A DNA stretch of 64,000 bases from a virus (lineage: Duplodnaviria > Heunggongvirae > Uroviricota > Caudoviricetes). Below, one piece after another: positions 16,470 through 24,075 of this stretch (within the stretch, counting starts at the first letter, position 1; each line of letters begins with the position of its first letter). Where the stretch lies: IMG/VR virus record IMGVR_UViG_3300021400_002728, positions 101,154 to 165,153 of that record; one strand, written 5' to 3'. The notes beneath the pieces are model-generated. The model did no database searches and was not told the DNA's origin. It saw nothing but the letters and a program-made list of their open reading frames with translations. A program made the position numbers and the translations under genes.

Positions 16470-16542
16470 TGCTTAAGGCCAGAATCGAACTGGCGACACG
16501 TGGATCTTCAGTCCACTGCTCTACCAACTGAGCTACCCAAGC
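16470..16542 (-). tRNA. tRNA-Phe(GAA)
   Basis: GTGGA-CT GAA GA-TCCAC. Confidence 0.95.
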
Positions 16543-16657
16543 TTGCGACAATCACAGCTTTTTAGAGAAGCTGCTTCTTTGCCATCTGAAACTCTTTTTC
16601 AACCATAACTCCTACAGTATGTGTATGCATCCACATAAAGATTTATTATGGATTTAG

Positions 16658-16731
16658 TGCACGTAGAGAGGATCGAACTCCCGGCCTACTGCTTGTAAGG
16701 CAGCCGCTCATCCCAGCTGAGCTATACGTGC
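16658..16731 (-). tRNA. tRNA-Val(TAC)
   Basis: GCTGC-CT TAC AA-GCAGT. Confidence 0.93.
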
Positions 16732-16892
16732 ATAACGCGAGTTATTTGCTCATCTTTTACTCTTTAACTTTTTATCTATCTGACCCATGGTTATCAAATA
16801 AATATACTCATTAAATTTCATTGATTTACAGGTTACCAACCTAATAACACCACCAGCATTGTAGGGAGGTGTGTATCATCGTTTCTCCTTCG

Positions 16893-16968
16893 TGGACACA
16901 TGTGGGGCTCGAACCCACGACCTCCAACGTGACAGGCTGGCGTTCTAAACCAACTGAACTACTAGGCC
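16893..16968 (-). pseudogene. tRNA-Asp(GTC) with unpaired acceptor stem
   Basis: CCAGC-CT GTC AC-GTTGG intact but 5' GGCCTAG pairs poorly with 3' ATGTGTCC. Confidence 0.6.
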
Positions 16969-17054
16969 ATATTAAATTGTATGGGTTTCATGACCAACTT
17001 AATCCCATACTCATTAAGTTGTTTTAACTATCAATTTGATAGTTTCATGAAAAA

Positions 17055-17126
17055 TGCATCTGACAGGATTCGAACCTGCGGTATACGAGTTAAAAGCTCG
17101 TTGCCATACCACTTGGCTACAGATGC
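17055..17126 (-). tRNA. tRNA-Lys(TTT)
   Basis: ACGAG-CT TTT AA-CTCGT. Confidence 0.9.
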
Positions 17127-17191
17127 TTATTATTCAATTTGTTTTCGACATTTTCGTTTCATAATATCATTCTCCTTTTTATTTAGTTAAA

Positions 17192-17264
17192 TGCCTTGTG
17201 TTCGAGTCGAACGAACTCCTCTGGTATTTCAAGCCAGTGCTTCTACCGAGTTAGCTTACAAGGC
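17192..17264 (-). tRNA. Atypical tRNA-Phe(GAA)-like
   Basis: CTGGC-TT GAA AT-ACCAG with C31-A39 mismatch. Confidence 0.55.
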
Positions 17265-17366
17265 TTGGTAAAGTCTGATTCTTTACCAGTGCTAAATCGT
17301 TTCATAGTAGCATTCTCCTTTATGTTTTATTATATCAAACTATTTTCAAATGTAAATAGTTTTTAG

Positions 17367-17438
17367 CTGGCAAGGTGGGGATCGAACCCACGACCTGACG
17401 GTTAACGGCCGCCTGCTCTACCGCTGAGCTACATGCCA
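17367..17438 (-). tRNA. tRNA-Asn(GTT), C33
   Basis: GGCGG-CC GTT AA-CCGTC. Confidence 0.85.
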
Positions 17439-17447
17439 ATATTTGAA

Positions 17448-17532
17448 GGACACATTGTTTACGGAATCGAACCGTTTATTCTGATTTGCAGTCAAAAATT
17501 TACCAAAATTAGAATATTTGCTGTGAGTGTCC
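17448..17532 (-). ncRNA. ACAGCAA-module RNA carrying D-like, Cys anticodon and T arms
   Basis: GGACAC-TCACAGCAA...TTTGA-CT GCA AA-TCAGA...ACGG-TTCGATT-CCGT...GTGTCC. Confidence 0.7.
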
Positions 17533-17536
17533 CAAG

Positions 17537-17619
17537 CGCCGTACACAGGATTCGAACCTGCAAGTCCTTTCAGACCAACTGTTTTCAAGACAGCTCCCTC
17601 ACCAACCCGGACATACGGC
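17537..17619 (-). tRNA. tRNA-Ser(TGA)
   Basis: GCTGT-CT TGA AA-ACAGT, long variable arm, G73. Confidence 0.85.
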
Positions 17620-17771
17620 ATATAATACACATTACCTATTCTCATGTGTGGAAATCAATAGGCTTGTCATCTATCAATGGGAGTCGAACCAAACTGCTGC
17701 AGCAGTCTTTCATACTATCCACACCTTGATCCTCATCTTAGATGTACACAATCTGCAGTTTAATGTGTAAG

Positions 17772-17854
17772 CGACGTGCACAGGATTCGAACCTGCAAAG
17801 CCTTACGGCCCAACTGTTTAGCAAACAGCTCCCTCAACCACCCGGACACACGCC
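17772..17854 (-). tRNA. tRNA-Ser(GCT)
   Basis: GCTGT-TT GCT AA-ACAGT, long variable arm, G73. Confidence 0.85.
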
Positions 17855-18478
17855 ATTTTGAATAATTTTCTGAGAACTCCAGTGTTCTCCAGTTGTCACA
17901 TGGTTAGCTCTGACGTACTTTATAATAGATTTATTAAAGTCATCATATGAATAACCAGAGGACAACCTCATAACAATTCCTTCACCATTATGGTTACTTA
18001 CATCTGTTATTGCTTTGTCAATGTTTGCTTTACTGTAAATACCTTTGTATAAAACTGGTACAGTAATTAAATTAAGTTCTTGTGCTCTCTTAACTGTATC
18101 TTCCCAAGAAAGACATTGTTCACCATTCCATATTGAGAATACCATTAAGTAGCTTGGTAAATTTTCATAATAGATCGAGTGTTTAGCAAATAAATATTCT
18201 GCACATACTCTTTCGTCTTCATTCATAAGATACTGAAATGATCTGATGTAGTTTAATAACCATGAATGATACTCTTTATGGGCTGAATCAATACTTCGTG
18301 CATGACATATATCTTTATAGATTGAAGTATTTTCACCATCCATCTTTTCAGTAATTACTACTTCTTTACCTTCAAAATAAGGTTCAAAGTCAGTGAAGAT
18401 CTTATCATCTGAACTTCGTCCAGGTGAGAATGGAAAATGATATGTTCTTGGATATTTATATCTTTTCATCTTTCTCAT
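17834..18478 (-). CDS. ATP-dependent RNA ligase (Rnl2-like nucleotidyltransferase domain)
   Basis: YKYPRTYH, motif I EKMDGEN, AEYL, FSIW, EGIVMR, KYVR motifs. Confidence 0.85.
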   Translation of the reverse strand: MRKMKRYKYPRTYHFPFSPGRSSDDKIFTDFEPYFEGKEVVITEKMDGENTSIYKDICHARSIDSAHKEYHSWLLNYIRSFQYLMNEDERVCAEYLFAKHSIYYENLPSYLMVFSIWNGEQCLSWEDTVKRAQELNLITVPVLYKGIYSKANIDKAITDVSNHNGEGIVMRLSSGYSYDDFNKSIIKYVRANHVTTGEHWSSQKIIQNGVCPGG

Positions 18479-18493
18479 CTCCTTATTTTGTAA

Positions 18494-18565
18494 TGCTCCC
18501 GACGAGATTCGAACTCATAATATTCGGTTCGTAGCCGAGTAGTTTATCCATTAGCTTACGAGAGC
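18494..18565 (-). tRNA. tRNA-Arg(ACG)
   Basis: CTCGG-CT ACG AA-CCGAA. Confidence 0.88.
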
Positions 18566-18701
18566 TAACCGCATTTCTATTAGATTCTTATAAATGATCT
18601 AGGTCCCGCTATTTATAGATCATACAGTTTGTCTAATAGCATTTTTATTCTTTGTGAGGCATTGCGTACGCTCTCACATCAGTAAGGATTTACCTTACAA
18701 A

Positions 18702-18773
18702 CTGGCCGTTAAGGACTCGAACCTTAAATCTCCTGAGTCAGAGTCAGGCGCCTTACCATTTGGCTAACGGCCA
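18702..18773 (-). tRNA. tRNA-Gln(CTG)
   Basis: CCTGA-CT CTG AC-TCAGG. Confidence 0.95.
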
Positions 18774-18783
18774 ATATTTAAAC

Positions 18784-18878
18784 GAGAACCATAGGATTTG
18801 AACCTATATCTTGAGAGTTGGACCTCACCTATGCTGCACGAGAGGAAGCGCTTAAACCTACATTACACCAGATTCTCT
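18784..18878 (-). pseudogene. Degenerate tRNA-like element with GCAGCAT insert
   Basis: GAGAATC/GGTTCTC acceptor and ATAGG-TTCAAAT-CCTAT; irregular core. Confidence 0.4.
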
Positions 18879-18880
18879 AG

Positions 18881-18951
18881 CAGGCACGGAAGGACTCGAA
18901 CCCTCACGAATAGTTTTGGAGACTATCATGCTACCATTACATCACATACCT
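18881..18951 (-). tRNA. tRNA-Trp(CCA)
   Basis: ATAGT-CT CCA AA-ACTAT. Confidence 0.93.
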
Positions 18952-18957
18952 ATTAAG

Positions 18958-19038
18958 TCGGCAGGGGTGGATTCGAACCACCGCGTCATATGAAACGGAT
19001 TTACAGTCCGCCGCAATCGACCGCTCTGCCACCTGCCG
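18958..19038 (-). tRNA. tRNA-Tyr(GTA)
   Basis: GCGGA-CT GTA AA-TCCGT. Confidence 0.93.
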
Positions 19039-19042
19039 ATAG

Positions 19043-19116
19043 TGGGTATTGTGGGACTCGAACCCACGACCTGATGATTAAGAGTCAACTGCTCTAGCCA
19101 TCTGAGCTAAATACCC
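19043..19116 (-). tRNA. tRNA-Lys(CTT)
   Basis: GTTGA-CT CTT AA-TCATC. Confidence 0.9.
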
Positions 19117-19262
19117 ATATTTCTAAATCGCCGACGAAGTCAATTCCGCTTCGCCTCGGACCTCATTTTACTACTTTCCCAGTGGCCAGTTGGTACTTGA
19201 GGCTACATTCGGTCTAAACCTTCTATAATCTCTCAATAATGATGAGTTTATATACTAAATAC

Positions 19263-19325
19263 ATGACACTTTATTGGGTTTCAAATTAAAAGTTTGATCC
19301 ATAATAAAATTGCTGTATGTGTCAC
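19263..19325 (-). ncRNA. Free-standing ACAGCAA module presenting a Lys(UUU) anticodon stem-loop
   Basis: GTGACAC-ATACAGCAA-TTTTATT...TCAAA-CT TTT AA-TTTGA...AATAAA-GTGTCAT. Confidence 0.7.
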
Positions 19326-19329
19326 AAAT

Positions 19330-19402
19330 TCGCCTGACAGGATTCGAACCTGCAATCATCGACTTAGAAGGTCGGTGCGTTAATTCCATTGCGCCACAGG
19401 CG
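19330..19402 (-). tRNA. tRNA-Arg(TCT)
   Basis: CCGAC-CT TCT AA-GTCGA. Confidence 0.92.
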
Positions 19403-19404
19403 AG

Positions 19405-19478
19405 TGCACACCCTGGGATTCGAACCCGGGACCTCTCGGTTATCAGCCGAGTGCTCTAACCTACTGAGCTAGGTGTGC
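19405..19478 (-). tRNA. tRNA-Ile(GAT)
   Basis: CTCGG-CT GAT AA-CCGAG. Confidence 0.95.
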
Positions 19479-19575
19479 ATATTCGCCAGAACAATGTGCC
19501 CGTTATTATTCTGGCGAATGGTTGTTCATAACTGCAACCATCACTTAAGAAAGGAGTCACCAATGAATGGTAACG

Positions 19576-19648
19576 AGCTGATATAGAGACTTGAACTCTA
19601 AACCTACGGATTACTAAACCGTTGCTCTGCCAATTGAGCTATACCAGC
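19576..19648 (-). tRNA. tRNA-Thr(AGT), A34
   Basis: ACGGT-TT AGT AA-TCCGT; Thr-type body GCTGGTATAGCTCAATTGGCAGAGC. Confidence 0.85.
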
Positions 19649-19663
19649 ATATAGTAAAAAAAT

Positions 19664-19700
19664 AAGACCATATAACTTATCTAAGTTACGTGGTCTTTAG
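19664..19700 (-). terminator. Probable intrinsic terminator
   Basis: AAGACCA..TAACTT/AAGTTA..TGGTCTT hairpin followed by a T tract on the minus strand. Confidence 0.55.
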
Positions 19701-19724
19701 TAAAATAGTGTAGTTAACAAAATT

Positions 19725-19979
19725 TTACGGACCACTCCTAATAAAACTCTTAATCTGATCGACATCATTGGCTCCTACTTCTACGTCTTCAGAAATATCA
19801 AAGCCATTATCTGCTGACAAATACATCTTTCCATTAGCTATCTCAACATTAACCCAATAACTTGTCTGAACGCCATCATTAGTTCTAAGTTTTGATCCCA
19901 TAGTTCTAATGCGGTTAGCGAGGCTAACATTAACAGAATCAAGCTGTTCAATTGTGATAGAATTAATGTTCTTCTTCAT
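19725..19979 (-). CDS. Hypothetical protein
   Basis: 84 aa with GAAAGGA RBS. Confidence 0.6.
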   Translation of the reverse strand: MKKNINSITIEQLDSVNVSLANRIRTMGSKLRTNDGVQTSYWVNVEIANGKMYLSADNGFDISEDVEVGANDVDQIKSFIRSGP

Positions 19980-20059
19980 AACTAATTTTTCCTTTCATAA
20001 TATTTGTCAGTGCAGGTAACGAGACTCGAACTCGTATGGTGTTGCCACCGAGGGATTTT

Positions 20060-20751
20060 CTTACCACCATAATTTTCATTACCGTCTCAAACAAACGTTT
20101 GTGGTCTGGACTAATTCTTCACCATATCATTTAATGACTTAGGTGCGACGTGTATAGTCTCTATACATTTAGGTTACTAAACCATTTAGCTCGCCATTCC
20201 CATACAGCTTTAACTATCTGTAAGGCTTTGTGATTTAGCGTCGTTCTCATCTAGGAGTTTCCTACCTAGTGACTCATTTGTCTTTCCTCTTCTAAAACGA
20301 TAAGTTTTAGTTAAGGCATGGCAATTTGGACAAATTAATCGTAAATTTTCTAAACTATGATTAGTTGGATTGCCATCTATGTGATCTAACTCACAAGGTG
20401 TATATTTAGCACCTTCTGGTTTTTTATTCCAACCACATAATTGACATTTGTCCTCGAAATATCCTTCATTTATAAGTCTAATTTTTAACTTATATGTTTG
20501 ATAATGAGGATATTTACCAGCTAGTATATCTTCAGTGTTAATGTGCCTTGAAGTTGTTTTCTTGGTACCTTTTCCACCTTGATTTGCAATTATATGAAAT
20601 ACATTGAGCTGTTTAGCTTTAGCACTATATGCTCTATAAGACATTCCACATAATTTACTAGCTTGAGCCATGGTTTGACAGTGTTTGGTAATTTCAATGA
20701 ACTCTTCATCAGTAATACTAGATTTATTCATATCCATCACCAACTTTCTTT
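20060..20751 (-). mobile_element. Group I intron (692 nt) between U34 and A35, encoding an HNH endonuclease
   Basis: Exon 1 ends in U, intron ends in G; R-like ATAGAGACTATAC and S-like GAAGAATTAGTCC core elements. Confidence 0.85.
20210..20743 (-). CDS. Intron-encoded HNH homing endonuclease
   Basis: CQLCG...ELDHIDGNPTNHSLENLRLICPNCH. Confidence 0.9.
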   Translation of the reverse strand: MVMDMNKSSITDEEFIEITKHCQTMAQASKLCGMSYRAYSAKAKQLNVFHIIANQGGKGTKKTTSRHINTEDILAGKYPHYQTYKLKIRLINEGYFEDKCQLCGWNKKPEGAKYTPCELDHIDGNPTNHSLENLRLICPNCHALTKTYRFRRGKTNESLGRKLLDENDAKSQSLTDS

Positions 20752-20826
20752 AAGTCCCTTGCGTCTGCCAGTTCCGCCATACCTGCATATATGTATGGGC
20801 TAGGGTTACTAACCCATACTATATGA

Positions 20827-22290
20827 TTAAGCAGCTACTGTAACTGCTGCATAACGATCACTAAGGATCACATCGAGCATTGCTTCAAGAGGTGTCTTGT
20901 TAAGGCTCTGAATTACATTCTTGAATGTAGTTGCAGAATGTCCAGATACAAGCTGTACACCCTTATTAGTAGCATCTGCGTGGAAAGTATCAGACTCGCT
21001 GTTTACATTCCAGAATACTACGTTAGGAATCTTATATCCAGCGGCATCAAATGCCTTAGCATACTTCTCATAGAAGGTATCTGCACCATGTACGCTATAA
21101 GAATCAATCTGCATATCTGAAATTACAATGAGTGCTTCAGGTATCTCTTCAGCAGGAGTCTTATTAGCAATAGCAGTATCAAGGATAAGCTTGAATGCCG
21201 CGTCAAGATTAGTGTTATCATTGATAGTTCTGATATTTCTAATCTTATCAATAAGAGTTGCACCAGATACCTTAACTAAAGTAGGTCTTGAGCTAAAGGT
21301 CATGAAGTAACCTCCAAATGCACCCTTATTTCTCTCAGCAAAGTATAATGCGAGACCTACAGAAGATGCAATAGGAAGTCTATTGCAGCAAGTCATAGAT
21401 CCGGATGTATCAGCCATAACAAGAATATTCTTGTTAGGATCTACATAATCAGGAAGTGCCTTCCACTGAGCTTCAAGAACCTTACTATCTTCACCAAACA
21501 TGATCTTCTGAATGATGTCGTAAGGATAAAGTGTGCCGGCCTTAATCTCAACCTTACCAGAAGTTACATCTTCAAGGTACTTACTAAATCTATCCTTGTC
21601 CTTAAGACCGAAGAGCTTACGATACTTCATCATTGCGTTAGAAGGAATCTTATCATACGCAATAGTATCAAAGTTATTTGCAGAGACCTTAATCTCTACG
21701 ATGTCAAGGTACTTACGAAGAGCCTTAAGATCCTTCTTGAATGCCTTAACATTCTTATATCCGAGCTTCTGAGAAGTCAAGATACCCATCTTACGAGTTT
21801 CAGGAGATGAAGCATCAGGAGTCTTAATCCACTTAGCAAGAAGTGAAACAGGCTGATCCTTCTTCATATTCTTGACATCCATCTTGAACTGCTTCTTCAT
21901 TGCAGCCCACATCTCGTCTTCGCAGGCAGTTCCGACCAGACAATAGAGATCGTCGAATCTACCATAGAATCCAATTAATGGAATGTTAGGCGCGACGATC
22001 TCCTTGTGCTTATTTGCTGCATACGCAAGCAAAGTTCGGAAGGTCTCTCTTTCACCAAGTCCTTCTCTGATATCTCTACCATAGAAAAGGATCTTAGCGG
22101 CAAGCTCTTTGTTATCAGCGATTGCCTTCTCAAAGAGGTCAATCTTCCGATCAGAGTCTGCCTTTCTTAACGCGCCGATAGTTGAATATAAATCGACAAG
22201 TGCATTTCCTGAGGATTTCAGGCAAATGGCACCATTTTCCGTATAGGTAAATGATGTTGTTTCGCTGAGTTGTCTGTTCATCTTTGGCAT
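20827..22290 (-). CDS. DUF2828-family TROVE/Ro60-like protein with C-terminal vWA domain
   Basis: TENGA, RDIREGLGER, SLLAKWI, YDKIPS.AM, LYPYDI, MIDAS DTSGSM, ISDMQ, VFWNV motifs. Confidence 0.8.
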   Translation of the reverse strand: MPKMNRQLSETTSFTYTENGAICLKSSGNALVDLYSTIGALRKADSDRKIDLFEKAIADNKELAAKILFYGRDIREGLGERETFRTLLAYAANKHKEIVAPNIPLIGFYGRFDDLYCLVGTACEDEMWAAMKKQFKMDVKNMKKDQPVSLLAKWIKTPDASSPETRKMGILTSQKLGYKNVKAFKKDLKALRKYLDIVEIKVSANNFDTIAYDKIPSNAMMKYRKLFGLKDKDRFSKYLEDVTSGKVEIKAGTLYPYDIIQKIMFGEDSKVLEAQWKALPDYVDPNKNILVMADTSGSMTCCNRLPIASSVGLALYFAERNKGAFGGYFMTFSSRPTLVKVSGATLIDKIRNIRTINDNTNLDAAFKLILDTAIANKTPAEEIPEALIVISDMQIDSYSVHGADTFYEKYAKAFDAAGYKIPNVVFWNVNSESDTFHADATNKGVQLVSGHSATTFKNVIQSLNKTPLEAMLDVILSDRYAAVTVAA

Positions 22291-22416
22291 TTTACGTATC
22301 CTCCATAAAATTTGTTTTTGATTACCGATTGATTATGATGTAATTATATCATGTAATCATGCACTTGTAAATAGTTTCTTAAAAATTTTTCGATAAATTT
22401 TTTTTTCTTATCGAAA

Positions 22417-22490
22417 CGATCCCGATGGGACTCGAACCCACGACCTCCGCCGTGACAGGGCGGCGTTCTAACCAACTGAACTACGTGACC
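22417..22490 (-). tRNA. tRNA-Asp(GTC)
   Basis: CCGCC-CT GTC AC-GGCGG. Confidence 0.95.
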
Positions 22491-22495
22491 ATAAT

Positions 22496-23302
22496 ATGAT
22501 GCTGTAACTATATTCTTAATTCAAATGGAAAGAGTAAAGTTATAATAGTTTGCTGTAAGCATCACAATTTTGAGTCGTCCACTAAAGCAGGACCTCTCTA
22601 ATTAAAATGATTGACACGCTTTTCTTTGTAGGATTTTTTCGACAAGCGTTACACTCGATTTCCTAGTATACTCATTAGCTATACCAGACTGATGTCTAAT
22701 CAACACTTACGCGTTCATTTGACCACTATTAACATTTGATCTTGTTTGGTTTGCTGTAGTCAATCACAAAATGCAATTGTAAAGGTACAATACCTAAATG
22801 ACGAGAATAACAAGATAATTTTATGAAATTTTCTGTTGTTATTTTTATTGCTGTAATCGTCACAAGCAGGTAAGTTAATAAATGACTGACAAGGAATGTT
22901 TGATGGGATCTTTTGGTCATTACCTATGCTACACCATTTCCCGACATGTTAGGTACATGCCAACCTAATTTTTATTTACCCAAAAAATAAAATTAAGAAG
23001 ATTTGCAATTGTATTGCTGTTAAGTCAGTCACGACTTTGTAAAAATATGATTGTCACGGACTCTTCCTCGGATTTTCTGGTGGCATACCGCTCTTTACCA
23101 TTTCCGGATAGATCATTTGAATCGGATCTTTTGGCTGATACTATCATGTCTTCCATTTCCGAATAGGTCGTTAATCAGATTTTTTAGTGACCTATCAGTA
23201 TACATTTTCTGGATTGTTAAGCAATCAGCTTTTGCGCCTTTATCGCACACATACTGTTATCATCTCTTTAATATAAGAATGATTTGCTGTTAAGACAATC
23301 AC
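22496..23302 (-). repeat. Cluster of five ACAGCAA-module RNAs (22496-22565, 22687-22767, 22798-22863, 22957-23032, 23047-23302)
   Basis: Each starts GTGA(C/T)N2-6 then N2-ACAGCAA and closes on a complementary 3' strand, mostly ending (G/A)TCAT; interiors differ. Confidence 0.75.
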
Positions 23303-23340
23303 AAATTAAGTAATTTTTCTAAGACAGAAATATTACTTAG

Positions 23341-23413
23341 CTCCTCAAGTAGGACTCGAACCTACGACATCCCGGTTAACAGCCGGACGCTCTACCAACT
23401 GAGCTATTAAGGA
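23341..23413 (-). tRNA. tRNA-Asn(GTT)
   Basis: TCCGG-CT GTT AA-CCGGG. Confidence 0.95.
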
Positions 23414-23765
23414 ATATTATTATAAATAAATAGCTCTTCATAAAATAATATGAGACGTTACCACCGCTCCACCGAAGAGTAACTTTCCCAACCGGATATC
23501 CGAGTTGCTTCGGCCCCCGACATTAGTCGTTCAGCTAGTTTCTTCTTTAATGTCAGTTACTAGCAAGAGGACATGGGCTTGACTTTCGTCTAATCCACCA
23601 CTTAGTTTTATGAAACTAAGAAAACCGCTCCACCACCTGATATTTCAATCAGGAATGTAAAATAAATTACATTTAGAATGCGGTATAACAGAGTTACCTC
23701 TGCACGATAATTGATGCTGCTAAATGCATTATACGCGATGCAGTCATTCTATATCTATACCGCAA

Positions 23766-23842
23766 TTGCGGGTCTCGGGAGTCGAACCCGGTATCTCACA
23801 GCTTATGAGGCTGGAATGATCATTCCGTTTCACTCACCCGCG
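23766..23842 (-). tRNA. tRNA-Met(CAT), initiator-like acceptor
   Basis: CGCGGG/CCCGCA with C1-A72 mismatch; CCAGC-CT CAT AA-GCTGT (lacks three G-C anticodon pairs). Confidence 0.8.
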
Positions 23843-24000
23843 ATGGAAAGTATTAGGTCTCGATCCCAACAAACTTGCCCATCTGCAAGTACTTTCCAGA
23901 GTATGAGGATAAATAATATTGGAGGTATTATAATCTTCATCATGTTTCAATGGCAAAGTAACCTCATACTCAATCATTAATTTTATATCCTTTCGGATAA

Positions 24001-24073
24001 TCGGAGTAGCGGGACTCGAACCCACGACTTCATGCTCCCAAAGCACGCGGTCTACCAACTGACCTATACCCCG
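24001..24073 (-). tRNA. tRNA-Pro(TGG)
   Basis: CGTGC-TT TGG GA-GCATG. Confidence 0.95.
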
Positions 24074-24075
24074 AG

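Larger units (their letters stand above)
20011..20786 (-). tRNA. tRNA-Leu(TAA) split by a group I intron; exons 20752-20786 and 20011-20059
   Basis: Exon 1 ends AGGGA-CTT, exon 2 starts AAAA-TCCCT; spliced loop CT TAA AA. Confidence 0.88.

Noticed and set aside
17537-17619. tRNA-Sec
   Set aside because: Anticodon is TGA (Ser), not TCA; 7-bp acceptor; paralog at 17772 has Ser GCT
22496-23302. CRISPR array
   Set aside because: Shared motif is short and degenerate, unit lengths vary from 60 to 256 nt, interiors are structured, no cas genes
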